From assembly GCF_006345805.1 (NCBI RefSeq), contig NC_043002.1:63736001-63800000 (forward strand): DNA of 64,000 nt, in the 5' to 3' direction. Below, one piece after another: positions 1 to 13,296 of this stretch; within the stretch, counting starts at the first letter, position 1, and each line of letters opens with the position of its first letter. The stretch is from Octopus sinensis (Eukaryota). Below the pieces are notes generated by a model, which was not told where the DNA came from, ran no database searches, and saw only the letters and a list, made by a program, of their open reading frames with translations. The translations under genes were made by a program, and so were the position numbers.

Positions 1-249
1 AAACACACACATATATTCTCATATGTATCTGTTTATGGTGGTTGTTTTTTATAGTAGCTTCACTTACTAGCAGTCAAGAAATCTTCCGAAGCTAACATTC
101 TCGAAAAAAACAGACATGCCATATATCGATGGGCTCAAGAAAGGAACATCCAATTCATTGCAATTAATTTCCAAGCACGTCACTATCAACTATTTAGTGC
201 TCCTGTGCCTCAAGAGCGATACTCTTGGACGAACAGAAGCGGCATTCAC

Positions 250-880
250 AGAGGGAAATACAGGATGCGTTGATATGAGCAACGACACCTCGTTTCAGGT
301 GCATATCATCAAGATTGTGGCAACGTGCAAGTAAATGACCGGATGGGTTCTAAGAAGCTTTAGAACAAGGAGCTAGTAAATGATGCTTTCAACTCTGTCT
401 AATAAATAGTGGAACATGGAGCAGTTCAGCAATGCTAGACCAGGAAGACAGCATCAGTGGAACAATTGATCCGCTGGGAAAGATTGAACGAGTTCTGACT
501 CTACGTCCTGAATCAACGATGACAAAGGTATGCAGTGACATACATATGGAGAATCCAAGAGGGTTTGGCACCAAAGTTTGGCATGAAAAACTATACTAAC
601 CCCCAGACAGGACGTCATTGTACTACTCCAAATATCTCAGCTATACCATTTACACTAAGGACCATATACTTAAAACTCATCGGCTCACAGCTATTTAATG
701 CCTTGCGAAAACATCTGAAGGATCTTCGTACAGTAAGTATAGTAGTTTTCAACGTCACAAATGAACCTATATCACGAAAGATACTAAGAAAGACAGCGGT
801 GTTGAACTCCACCCATAGCCAAAAGCCGATCGCATAAGAATGGCCACAGAAAAGGTGATTAAACTGGACGATGTTATACG
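250..880 (+). pseudogene. Decayed 3' fragment of a CR1/L2-like LINE ORF2 (post-RT region)
   Basis: Manual translation across stops gives MTGWVLRSFRTR...WERLNEF*LYVLNQR*QRYAVTYIWRIQEGLAPKFG...GRHC...GSQLFNALRKHLKDL, matching the CR1/L2-type C-terminal pattern W(E/D)RLK.L.LYSL.RRRERY.I.Y.WKI..GL.P; a related sequence lies on the minus strand at ~45930-46960. Confidence 0.75.
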
Positions 881-1143
881 AATATAAATAAAAAAATTAT
901 ACAAAAAAAAACATATTATTAATAATAACAGGACATAACAACAGGCGTCCCTCGACTGGAGAAGAATTGAATTCAGCTGGCGTGTTGGGAATTAAGCCTT
1001 ACGGCAGAGGAAATACTCGATGTGACAGTGACCGTGGTCCAACGCAAAAGGACTTGTTACACTTTTTTATCACTCTTCTCTTCTCACGTGACCGTTGGTC
1101 GACTGCTAGTCCTTTCGATATTCGGTAAAAACTTATACAAAAA

Positions 1144-1147
<4 letters not shown>

Positions 1148-1236
<89 letters not shown>
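1148..1236. repeat. (AT)n microsatellite, representative of dozens of (AT)n, (AC)n and (ATAC)n tracts in the window
   Basis: Direct reading; source of the YIYIYI / CVCVCV / HTHTHT pseudo-ORFs. Confidence 0.95.
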
Positions 1237-1239
<3 letters not shown>

Positions 1240-1810
1240 TATATATAATTATAATTATAACTATAACTAAGGGTTTAGCAACACGTTGCTACACAACATA
1301 CCGAAAATCTAGAAGTAACAGCCAAAAGATTGTTATTTCTTTTCACTACAAAATATGACTCCACATATTACAATATTTGTAACTCACACAGGCATAGTCG
1401 AAGTAAAGCTTTTGATTCCATATTATAAAAATGACTGATGAACATGATGAACATAATTTGTATGACTATTCGTGTTTGTGAAAATAAGATGGGGTAATTA
1501 AAATATATACACATGCCAATTCGCATATTCGGATAGTCTATAAAATTACGTAACAAATAATGAAATCTTTTGAAGTACTAAATATATTAAGATGACTTTT
1601 AAATCGTATATATTGTTGTCTGCGAGGAGTAATTCTCTTTACGTGCATTGTTTAACTCACTCATCCGTTCGATTTCCACACATGTACTTACATATTCTTT
1701 CTAAAAGAATAGTGTCTTCAATAGTCGTTGAGATACATACACACACACTCTCTCTCTCTCCGTCTACATATATATATATATATTCACTTATTTGTGTATA
1801 TTTGTTCGTC

Positions 1811-1865
<55 letters not shown>

Positions 1866-1939
1866 CTATGCATTTTTGTATGTATGTACATATGTATCTA
1901 TCAATATGTCTATCTTCCTATCAATATACTTATATTTAT

Positions 1940-1970
<31 letters not shown>

Positions 1971-1975
1971 CATAC

Positions 1976-2034
<59 letters not shown>

Positions 2035-2152
2035 TATCGTGAACTTGCAATTTGATTTCAAAGTTCCGTTTGGAATTTCACTTGAATTATGTATTAGATA
2101 TATATTACATAAAATGTATGTATATAAGTTAAATATACATGCAAACATATAC

Positions 2153-2200
<48 letters not shown>

Positions 2201-2384
2201 ATAGTGTATGTGAATATATGACACTTGTGCGTGTGTGTAAGCATAGGTCCTTCTTAGTATATAATTATTTATTTTTACAACAAATTTATTTGTTTCGATA
2301 TGAGAAAAATAATTTAAATGTCATGCAATGCAGATGATTATGCCAAATGCGATTACATTTTATGAATAATTATTTGTTTTATAG

Positions 2385-2423
2385 CAGCATATATCTCACG
2401 AAACAACAGCTGAAATATAAGAG
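2385..2423 (+). CDS. Candidate coding exon (SIYLTKQQLKYK), unidentified gene
   Basis: Acceptor ttatttgttttatag, donor AG|gtacat, open frame, ends phase 2 compatible with 2619; no homology recognised. Confidence 0.25.
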
Positions 2424-2618
2424 GTACATGGTAGAAATATAACATTATATAATCATGTCTCCTTGTTATTTTAAAGAAATGTATTTATAAAGAAATGGTT
2501 GCGTAAATATAGAATAATATTTCACATTTTATATAAGAATAAATTGAATTGGATAGTATAATGTTATGAATACAAAGATTGGGAATGAATTCCATAACAT
2601 TTTCAAAAATTTATTCAG

Positions 2619-2702
2619 ACTGAATTGGGAAAGACATATGAAACTTTCGCTTAATGGTTTAAATATTGGAGAACTTCAAAAATGGGTTTTATTTAAACTA
2701 AC
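2619..2702 (+). CDS. Candidate coding exon (LNWERHMKLSLNGLNIGELQKWVLFKL), unidentified gene
   Basis: Acceptor tttattcag, donor AC|gtatgt, 84 nt open, phase 2-2. Confidence 0.35.
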
Positions 2703-3158
2703 GTATGTACATAAGACTCAAACATAAGGGAGTTTGCGGTAGTAATAGAACTAACGCAGACGTCATACACACTCACACACACACACATTGTAAGCGGACA
2801 AGTAATTATTGTCACGTCATTATTTATGAAGTGGTACTGAGGTACAGGGTGAATTTTACTACAAAAGTCGTCCGACGCCTCAAACTACGTTTGTTTTATA
2901 ATACTATTGATTATGTTGCACTGGAAAGTATATGAAATAATGTTGATTTTCTCAACCAGTTAACATGTTTCATAGAGTGCTGATGGATTGAAGCTATATT
3001 CCTGAGAGATTCAAAAAGAATGGCGCAAACGTATACATAATGGGATGTAATAGAAATATTGGTACAAAATTTATCATTGTTTATATCGAAAATCCTGAAA
3101 GGAAATTCGTATAATGACTGCATGGATTACAAATTCTGCTTTTTCGTTTCCTAATCAG

Positions 3159-3232
3159 AACAAGATGTCATAAGAACTTTGGTTTAAATGGCTCAACACA
3201 CTTCAATGTTCAAGTGCAGAGAAATGGCATAA
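3159..3232 (+). CDS. Candidate coding exon (TRCHKNFGLNGSTHFNVQVQRNGI), unidentified gene
   Basis: Strong acceptor ttttcgtttcctaatcag; the only open frame is the phase-2 frame that continues from 2702; weak donor AA|gtacat. Confidence 0.3.
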
Positions 3233-3504
3233 GTACATTAAAATGTTTTTCGAAAACGTGATGTAGAATGCCAAGAAATATTTTAAAATGCAAATAACTG
3301 AATTACACATATCGTAATAGAACGAAACAACGAATGAAGGAAATTGGAACTAAACCAATGCAATTGTATTGATCACAGGCCTGCAGAAACTGTCATGTTG
3401 ATATTTCAACATTTCCACATTAGGTTGACTAAAAAATTGAAATGAAAGGTGTTACAATAAACACTTACATACACGCGGAAACACATATATATATATATAC
3501 ATAT

Positions 3505-3955
3505 AGTAGTTCTATACTGTCAAATTAATGTGACAGTCCCATGTAGGGAATCACACCACTGCTATTTAGCCCTAGGAAGCAACAACGCTTCCTGTCGGCC
3601 TTGACACATTTCATGTGTCCTTATGTTTACAAGGGAGAGATAAGCACCCACATCCAGCTAAGCCTGCATCCAGAGACTAGTTTCTGATTCTTGCCCGACA
3701 TCAGTCTGGAGTAGCTTGGCTTGCTAGCTGCAGATGCTTGTCTAGGCCTTGTAAATATATAATAATTCTAGTGAAATAAATCCACTGATTACAAAAATAG
3801 AAATGTTACATTTCTAAATATCTCAGAGAGATAAACATAAGAACACAGGAAATGTGTCAAGGCCGACAGGAAGAGTTGATGCTTCCTAAGGCTAAATAAC
3901 GGTGTGTGATTTCCTTCATGGGACTGTCACATTAAGTTGACAGTATGCAACTACT
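3505..3955. mobile_element. MITE with ~125-bp terminal inverted repeats
   Basis: 3505-3629 (agtagttctatactgtcaaattaatgtgacagtcccatg...ttatgttta) is the imperfect reverse complement of 3832-3955; no coding capacity; possible TA flanks. Confidence 0.9.
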
Positions 3956-5261
3956 CTATCGTACCATCACTGCTTATATCTCTCTGAGACAAAATTAGAG
4001 AGATCCTCCAGAAGACTTTATGATCTTATCACACTTATTGCATTGAGATTCATCTTTGTTTTTCCTATCGAAAAAATTCCAAACAGTTGATTTTCTTTTT
4101 ATCATGCTAGGGCTATTTTAAGAAAAAAAATTGTGTTACTTCCTTGAAATGGATCTGAAACTGGTTATTACATATACTCCACGGGAAAGATAACCTGACT
4201 GAAAACTAAAAGCATCCCTCTTTAATTTTACGTCAAGGTAATATCATTGGGACAAATTGGCCAGCAGTTGGAATGTAATTTGGAACTGGAACAGTAGAAT
4301 GATTGCATTCCACAATTAATTCTCATGCGTCCTTAACTTCTAATCACACGCCAGCGGGGCATATATTTATTATAGAAGCATTATATTTATGCTATTAAGG
4401 TATTAGTTGCGGGCCGCGCTCCCAGTTAGCCTTCCACAAAAGGCATTCTAAAAGTCCGCACGGAGTGCAACATTTAAGCTAGTTTTACATAATCGTTCAT
4501 TTTTAACTACTTAGCCAAAGAAAGGGATATTACTTCTCGGACTATTATTTAACAACTATCGACAATACTGTGAATAAACCCATTTTATTTGTGCTCATAT
4601 GGACAGAATTCTCCTGATTTGGTCTCTTTGAATTATTATCTCAGAAAAAAAATTGTAAGATTGATAATTAGGGTAGTTCATAAATAACGGGTTATGATTG
4701 GGGTAATTAATGCAGGACATTCGTGTACGCGAGTGTACACGTATTAGATTGGCGCGTCTTGTTGCGCCATAGTCAGCAATGAGTATAAACGGCCCCTAAT
4801 CTTTGTGCTTCTAATATTTTGAAAGAGACAACGTAGATAATTCATATCTCATGAAGGGTCAGATACGTGAGCGAAATTTTTCCGCTTGGTGAGGAAAAGA
4901 AAGAGTGAGGGAGAGACAGGGAGGGGAGAGAAGGCGAGTGACATGCAATACAGACAGACAGGGGGGAGGGGAGAGAAGCAGAGAGCCAGGCAACACAGAC
5001 AAGCTGACGGAGACAGAGGCAGACAATCAGGAAGAATGGGGCAGAGAGCTGCCATATTTTCGGGCAACGATTTGTTTACTTCTCCTCTGCGAGGTAATAA
5101 AATATGTTTACAGACAATATTATAACTTAAATTTATGTATATACATATTCTAACTCAGAAATATGTATTAAAGTAAATTCTCTTACACACGTGTGTGTAC
5201 GCACATACGCGCAACTTGCGTATGAAGGGGCGTGTAAATGTTTGCGCTTATATGTATGCTT

Positions 5262-5302
<41 letters not shown>

Positions 5303-5912
5303 TGTGTGTGTGTGTGTGCACGTGTGTGTGTGTGCACGTGTGTGTGTGTGCGTGTGTCTGTGTGTGTATATTTCTGTGTTTGTGTATAGAGATACATATT
5401 ACAGGATAGCACAAGGGCCGGTTTGTATTTGCAAAAGTGTATGTATCCATACAACATACTAATATTAAGTATTCACCAATGCGTTTATACACTTAAGCTG
5501 TGAAATCAAAGCAGCCATTTTCTATTGCGATGTCGGAAGGTCATACCGGAAATAGAATGTTCTGTTGACAGGTACCTTTATAACAATCAGACTAAAATCA
5601 TATTGGCCTCAATTCACATACTGCGAAAGTTTCTCAGAAGTTCATGTTAAAAGCTTTCATTGACGTTTATGCCATGACTATTATTTATGACTGTAGGTAT
5701 GCTTATGAGTATACGCACATGCAAATATCTCTATATGTAATATTACATTACTTGCATATACGTATACATATATATATACATACATATACACATATTTTAT
5801 ATAGTGCAAAATTGTACACAGCTGAACACAAATATATTCACACAGGAAACACATTCATACCACACTTTCTCACACAGATATACATTTACACATACACACA
5901 CACACGCACACA

Positions 5913-5977
<65 letters not shown>

Positions 5978-6131
5978 TGATAAACACACAGAGTCTCATA
6001 TATACACAAGTGTTTGTATACTTACATGTAGGTATGTACTTACATGCACTTAGAAATATGTGGTTATAGTTGCTCCTTGTATGAATATAAATATATGCAT
6101 ATGCATAAGGGTTTACACGCGTTCATATATA

Positions 6132-6176
<45 letters not shown>

Positions 6177-6471
6177 ATACAGCAGACACACACACATATA
6201 TGCTTCTTAGTGGTGCATTTAACAAGGCAAATATGTACTATTCACCCAAACATACACTCTCAGAAATAAGCTAAATGCACATGTATGAGCGGATAAATGA
6301 GACTGTCTCTCATCGTTTCTCCTCTTCTTTCTCTCGGCGCATGTGTGAATGTGTGCTTGTACGTGTACGTGGTATGCCACTGTATGCGTTATTGGTGCGT
6401 ATATATATATATACAAACATATATACCATATACATACATCATATACCTACATACATTCATACATATATATG

Positions 6472-6527
<56 letters not shown>

Positions 6528-8068
6528 ATTGTGTCTATGTATGTAATTGCCTGTACAAATATATATTGTTACATATCATGCTATTGTTCCTCATATCTGT
6601 AAACTTAGTAATAATATTGAAACGACTGATCGTGACAGATTTAGGAAATTTTAGAGGAGAGGTTTACAGCCAGACAAATTTACGCAGATTGTACACGCTT
6701 AGGTGTCAGTTTTCCATTAACTTCACTGCGATTGACCATTTCCTTGACACCAACGCTATAAAAACCGGTTTGAGGAGAACCAATACAAGACCATCTATAC
6801 ACTGTATATTCTAGAATTATTGTCCGAAACTCCCTCAATTCACACCTTTCTCGCTTGAGTTAGACATGCACTTAAACGATGTAGTTTCCAGTTATGCATT
6901 CTCTATAGGAATGAATGGTTGATAGTTGTAATTTTGGTCATGTATTTCTTCAACCAGCTTTGATCCGTTGTTAAACCATGACCTTCCGAATAATCATTGC
7001 TATCACACACAACACAGGCACACACTCACACACACACACACACACAGACACACACACACACACACATACACACACACAGAGCGAGTGAAGAAGATCTATA
7101 AAATTCCAGAGTCAGTTCAAATAAACCCATAACTTTTTCAAATTACGTCAGATCATAAAAAAAACACAGAATGCATTGTAAAATAAACTACCAACTTTAG
7201 TGTATGTGAATACATAAAATTGACTTTCTTATTTGGAGGAAATATTTCCTCGATTAGGGCTGATCACTGAGCGCTCGTCATCACTATATTAGCCAAACTC
7301 ATCTACAAATTCACTACAAAGACTTGGCTTGATATAAATGTCTACGCTTCTGGGAATAGCATTTCTCTCTTGTAGTTTGGAACAGAGTTACTCACTCGTC
7401 GTGGATCATGTCATATTACAAAGTTGCAGAAATATTTTCAAGCCAACGAAAAAGAAACACCTCATGTAGTTTTTCAAGTAGAAAAGAAGAAATGGCATAC
7501 CATTTATCCTTGCAACAGTGTAACAGTGTTTCAACACTACATAAATGTAAATTAGTAACAAACATGCAACGAACTTATATCTTTTCTCAACGGTTACTAC
7601 GACTGCCTTCACAAATGCGGGTGCACATACTGCACTGTTCCTCGCACTGTCAATGCACATGCGCCTTTATAAGGTTTAGAACAGTACACTTGCTAACTCG
7701 CAGGGGTTTCAGGATTTACCACAACAGCATGTTCGTTATAGAAAAAGCAAAGTGATGATTCAATTTTTTTCTGTATGATGATCTAGCTGCGCATGGAGCT
7801 ATTATTTTGATATCTAATGAAATAAAGCATATATTGAATGCATATGACCATACATGTACAATCTGAAATATTTTCTAGTTTTTGTTTCTGATTTTTTTTT
7901 TTTTTGTATCTGTCGTTCGAACTATAAGTTTCTAAAAGAGTCCGTGCCTAACATTAGGACATGCAACAACTTAACTGCGCCTTGTTGCCTTTAAACGAAT
8001 GTTTCAGCAGGATTTCTAGCATCAGAAACGTGAGGCATGTAATGACAGATAAATGCCATTCTTTCTAG

Positions 8069-8637
8069 TACTGGTTTGTCGGGAAAGTTAGTGCCGATTT
8101 ATAGTAGATTACCTTTCGACTTATTTTAGAACATGGTTGAGTCCATAAAATAGTATTTGACTACACCTCCCTTTATAGCAAAGTTTAAGCTATTTTTCGT
8201 CGAAGAAGGTTTATAACCTGTGTTAATTCTGTAACCCATTAAAATGGGTTAAAAACGCACATAACAAAGTTCATTTTCGGCACTTGATTATTTGGGAACC
8301 AGACAAAAATAGCTGCAGCTCGGCTGGGATGTGTTACCCCACCCTCCATATTCACTAGATATTGTTTCTTCGGATTTCCACTTATTCAGGTCTCTGCAGA
8401 ATAGTCTTAATGGTAAAAATTTCAATTCCTTGGATGACGTAAAAAGATAACTTGATGAATTCTTTGCCATGAAACCCCCTCACTTCTTGGAAGAGGATAT
8501 TTCAGTTAAAGGAAAGATGGTAACACATTGTACAACAAAATGGTTCATATTTGGTTGATTTAAAACGTAATGGCTAGTATTTATTGACCTTTTCCTTTCC
8601 TTTAAAAATCGGCACGGACTTTCCGGGCAAACCAATA
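8069..8637 (+). mobile_element. Internally deleted mariner transposon with both TIRs
   Basis: ~32-bp TIRs tactggtttgtcgggaaagttagtgccgattt / aaatcggcacggactttccgggcaaaccaata, TA at both ends; interior encodes GWDVLPHPPYSLDIVSSDFHLFRSLQNSLNGKNFNSLDDVK (YSPDLAPSD-type mariner motif) with stops. Confidence 0.9.
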
Positions 8638-9322
8638 GCTATGTCATACAGAAAGAAAGCATAACATTTTCTACACATTATATTTGGAAATAGGAGAATT
8701 TATGTGCGTTTTTATACTCTTTAACATTGTTAGATAACTGGTTAAGCACATCGTGTAATTTTATGTTTGTCATCAGTATTTGGTAAATATCAGTGTATTA
8801 GTATTCCACTCTCGTCCTTAGTGTGTTTTATTTTATTTTTGTGAAAATGTTTTAATACCCACAAGAATATTGGGTTTTATTTAAAAACCAAAGCTTACCG
8901 CAATATCAGTGCATACGTTATATACATTTCGTTTAGACATGCACTCATGAAGCGTTTACACATCATTGACGAGGTCAAAGAAGGTATAAAATTGTCTGCC
9001 TTTCTCGTGAACTATTGCTGAGAAGATCTTCACCTCGCTCCGATATATGTATTATGTATTTACTAGAACATGTCACTCAAGAGATTTTATCTCGGCATAA
9101 ACCATACCACCGTGACTTTTAGTGGTGTATATACATTACATATATGACTAAAAAGTAAATGAATTTCACTGATAACAAAATTAAAACATACTATGACAAT
9201 GAATGTTAACAAAATACGACATACCTGAAATAAAGCAATTATTTTTCACCTGATTGTAAATCGCATAACGATAGATATTCATCAATAGTACTTTGGAGTA
9301 AAGATTGTTTGCAAGCGTAACA

Positions 9323-9516
9323 TGGCGGCCCCGGTTTAAGACGAATGTTGCTGTAATTTATCCCCAGGAGACATCATCTCGAACTGTCTATAGGATACGA
9401 TCTGTGTCCTTATATTTCCGAAAATATAACGACAGAGATCGTCTTGTATAGCCAGCTGGACACGATGTATTCTGGAGCTAAATTACTGCAACATTCGTCC
9501 TAAACGAGGACTGGCA
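9323..9516. mobile_element. 194-bp fold-back element, TG...CA ends, 5-bp direct flanks TAACA
   Basis: Left arm tggcggccccggtttaagacgaatgttgctgtaattta... pairs imperfectly with right arm ...taaattactgcaacattcgtcctaaacgaggactggca around the centre ttatattt-ccga-aaatataa; taaca at 9318-9322 and 9517-9521. Confidence 0.8.
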
Positions 9517-9565
9517 TAACATATTTATTTTTCACCTCTTCTGAAATATTGCTACGTTACGAAAT

Positions 9566-9601
<36 letters not shown>

Positions 9602-9733
9602 AAGCACTATCTATAATATAGCTAACTATATTTTGTAGCTATGGCAAAGACAGTAAAGATGCAAGTATAAATATCTTCATACCAAAACATCTATGGCGAT
9701 ATGTTTGTGTGTGTTTGTATGCGTGTGTGTGTG

Positions 9734-9774
<41 letters not shown>

Positions 9775-10732
9775 TGTGTGTGTGTATGTGTGTGTGTGTG
9801 TGTGTGTGAACGTACACCATTCTCTGCAGTCTAAATATACGCAGTGTTCCGATATATCTATGTGTGGGTGTATCATTGCGAGTGATTAATTTCAAGTTTA
9901 AAAAAATAATTTCTTAAAGGTTATTACTGATACATATGCGAAAGTGTAGCCTGGACACAACGCAGTTAGTAAGATTCAATTATAAAAATTTGCCTAGTCA
10001 GGAGTTTATCGTTTGTTAACTATTTTTATTTTCAGAGAGACGATTATTTAGAGAGCATAGAAAATTAAATAAACAAAACATTAGTTATATAAAGACATTT
10101 GTAATACCAACGTGTCAAATTTGTCTTTAATTTCCTCGGGGAATGTGAAGTTATTCACACAAAATACTCTCTTTTACCAATAACTTTTTGTTCAGCAAAG
10201 CAATAGTTACCCAGAAAAAAATAACCCTAAATCTAGACATTATTTTTTCTCTCATAACCCAAAAAATAAGTCAAATAAGAATCTTCACGAATATTATTGA
10301 ATATTATTAGTACATGTATGTGTATTTTTACTAGAATAATAATGGCTTGCGTGCAAATATATTTATTGCAAAAATTAACTGAGATATTCAAAATGACGGA
10401 CAGAATGAATGAAGAATGTTGAAAAAATGAAAATATAAATATAATTATATACCTCATACTTCTAAAATCGATGCGTTCCATTACTTTAAAGTAAATTATT
10501 TCACTGAAATTATCTAATACTACATTATATTGCTTACAAAAGTGTTTTTTTTCTTTTTGTATGTGTGTGTGTGTGTGTGTGTTTGTGTGTTTCTATTGTT
10601 GTTGAGTGGAAAGTAAAGAAAGTGTAAGCTTACTACCGATTATATCTTTCCTCGCACTTTCTCTAAATACTTATCTCCGTGCATAAACATACACACACAA
10701 ACAATTTCGTTGTCATCGTGATCGTCATCATT

Positions 10733-10765
<33 letters not shown>

Positions 10766-10799
10766 GTCATCATCATTATCGTGGGAATGATAGCAAACT

Positions 10800-10960
10800 C
10801 TATCCCAAACACTTTCGACTCAACGGGCGGAAGGCTGCATTCTCCGTCTGTATCGTAGCCTCGTGGAACAAGCTACAACAAGATGCCATTTAACTGTCCA
10901 CCACTCCCCTGTTCAGAGCGGCTGTGGTCAACTCTAGCGACTATGTATAAGACTCTAAAA
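10800..10960 (+). pseudogene. Short CR1-like LINE 3' remnant
   Basis: Translates HFRLNGRKAAFSVCIVASWNKL, like the CR1 terminal RL..RK.FFS.RVV..WN.LP motif. Confidence 0.45.
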
Positions 10961-12049
10961 CAATAACTGTTTTTTTTCTTTTACATGACCTAAGCACATT
11001 TTGCTCTTCTCATGCCAATAAATTTGATTTCATATCATCATCATTATCTTCTTATTTTTTCTTCTTCTTCATCTACTTCTTCTTCTTCACCTTCTTCTTC
11101 TTCTTCTTCTTCTTCTTCTTCTTCTTCTTCTTCGTTTTTTCCTTCTTCTTTTCCTTCATCCTCTTCTCCTTCATCTTCTCTCTCTCCCGCCTCTCTCTCT
11201 TTGTTCCTCTATCTCTCTCATCTTGCCCGCTTTTTTACACAATTGCTTGTGCAGTCCTTCCTTTTAGATTAAACCTCGCACACAAACTCTCTTCTCACTG
11301 TCGCTTTAGTTTTCCATTCCCCCCATCATCACGCTATCCTTTTCCCTTTTTTTGTCTCTCAATACATGCATACACTCATTCATACATACATACATACGAA
11401 GGTGCGTATATACGCATAATTTTTTTATGAATATGTGTATATGTTTATAAAATAAAAAGATACTTCCCAAACATGACAGTCACAGGCTTGCAACCAATAT
11501 AAAAAATATTACTATTTCACGAAAAAAATAGATTAAATATAACGGATGATAAAACCATTCTTACAGCGAAACATTATAGAACTTATTGCAAAGTGTGTCG
11601 ACTCACAAAGTTCTAAGTTCAAATAACTGTAATTAGGTTCACCTTTATTTCTTTTAGTTTCATACTTCAATTAACATCGATGTCAACTGTGCCTTTCATT
11701 TTTCGGAGCGATTAAATAGAGAAAATTCAGTCATGTTCAGTAACGTACTACAACAGTCCATGTCAAAAATAAGAGGGAAAAATAGAAGGTAACAATCTAT
11801 GGAATACAAAATGGCGCATTAAATTGTCTGGCACGTTGGGCAAGTGTCTTCTGCAATAGTCTCGGGTCGAACGATAGATTTTCAGTGAACATTTTGAGTG
11901 AACCCTTTAGGGTTTATCAAGAAGCTATAAGGTAAATTGAATATTGTGCTAGATTGGGCTGCTTTTACTTTAAAACTTTTATTAATATTGTTACAATCAT
12001 TTGTGTGGTGCAGTCATCATCAGATAATTTAATGACCAATTTCTATGCC

Positions 12050-12272
12050 TGGCGCTGGTGCCATATAAAAAGAAGCACTAGTGTTGGTGCCATGTAAAAA
12101 CTACCCAGAAACTCTGTATAGTGGATGGCATTAGGAAGGGTATCCAGCTGTAATAACCATACCAAAATAGACTATGGAACCTGGTGAGGATCCTGGTCTT
12201 TGCCAGCTCCTGTCAAACCACCCAACCAATACCTGCATGGAAAATGGACATTAAATGATGATGATGATGATG
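12050..12272 (+). mobile_element. SINE/LINE-tail repeat ending in (GAT)n; a related inverted copy lies at ~12290-12450
   Basis: gtggatggcattaggaagggtatccagctgta...ggacattaaatgatgatgatgatg; reverse-complement-related ttggatgcccttcataatgccaaccatccac nearby. Confidence 0.55.
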
Positions 12273-12553
12273 CATAGTTTGGATCATTTAGCAGGACCTG
12301 ATAAGCTGCAGGTCTATGCTGAGCTCCAGTGTCAGCTTTGACTTGGTTTCTACGATTGGATGCCCTTCATAATGCCAACCATCCACTATGCAGTATGTAC
12401 TGGGTTCTTTCTTTATGCCACTAGTGCTAGTGCGGTTCCCAAGTACTTTGAAAGGCAAAAGACAACAAGAGGAAAAAAGCTCTTGCTACTAAGTGGGGAG
12501 GTGACTTTATAATAATAAATAAATTTTCTGGATGACTTTTGTTCTCGTTTCAG

Positions 12554-12656
12554 GTTCAGTTGTTTGAAGATGGTAAAGAATTTGAGTCTCAGTTATCCAG
12601 ATATGGTAAACCTGTTCCTCCTATTCTAATTCTGGTTAAGTTGGGAACTGATGAAG
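12554..12656 (+). CDS. Candidate internal coding exon (VQLFEDGKEFESQLSRYGKPVPPILILVKLGTDE-G), unidentified gene
   Basis: Polypyrimidine acceptor ttgttctcgtttcag, donor AAG|gtatgt, 103 nt fully open (phase 0 to 1), protein-like composition. Confidence 0.5.
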
Positions 12657-13001
12657 GTATGTTTGCTGCCTAAACATTTGTCGTGATGAAAAATCACTTC
12701 TAATCTTGAAATTCAGTTTATATCTGGTCATCACATAAGTTCTGTCTGAATTTTGAATAAAGAAAGCAAGTTATCAAACGTTATATTTAATTGAAATTTA
12801 ATCATCAGTGTACTTTTTCTGATTATCTATGACATCTTTCCGTCTATTTACAAACTTTTTAATCCCATCAATGTAAAACTGTTTTGGTTTCAAAGCGAAA
12901 AACTCTGAAATGTTAGTTTTGACCTCCGCCTGGCTTTCGAAAGTTTTCTCCCCCAATGATTCTTAAAATTTTGTCTTTTACTTTTTTCGTGAATTCTCCC
13001 C

Positions 13002-13077
<76 letters not shown>

Positions 13078-13296
13078 AGTAGAAAAATGAAATATTTTTA
13101 TGGATAATTCGTTTAACCGATACCTGGGAAGCAAATTCACATCAGAAATAACACGGTTGAAGTTACGTGCCTAGGGCAGAGACTACGTGTTTTCGTGTGG
13201 AAATTTGTGTGTATATTTATAAAATTTATGAATAAATGAAAGAATTATTAGTACAATTATTAGTAACAATTATTAGTAACAACAATTATTAGTAAT

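Noticed and set aside
7376-7755. Long open frame after a strong acceptor (WNRVTHSSWIMSYY...)
   Set aside because: Several frames partly open, no recognisable motif, no clear donor
12648-12686. CTGATGA-AGGTA...TGCCT-AAAC-ATTT-GTC hammerhead-like string
   Set aside because: G12 missing, no stem I pairing, and it overlaps a good exon/donor junction; probably coincidence
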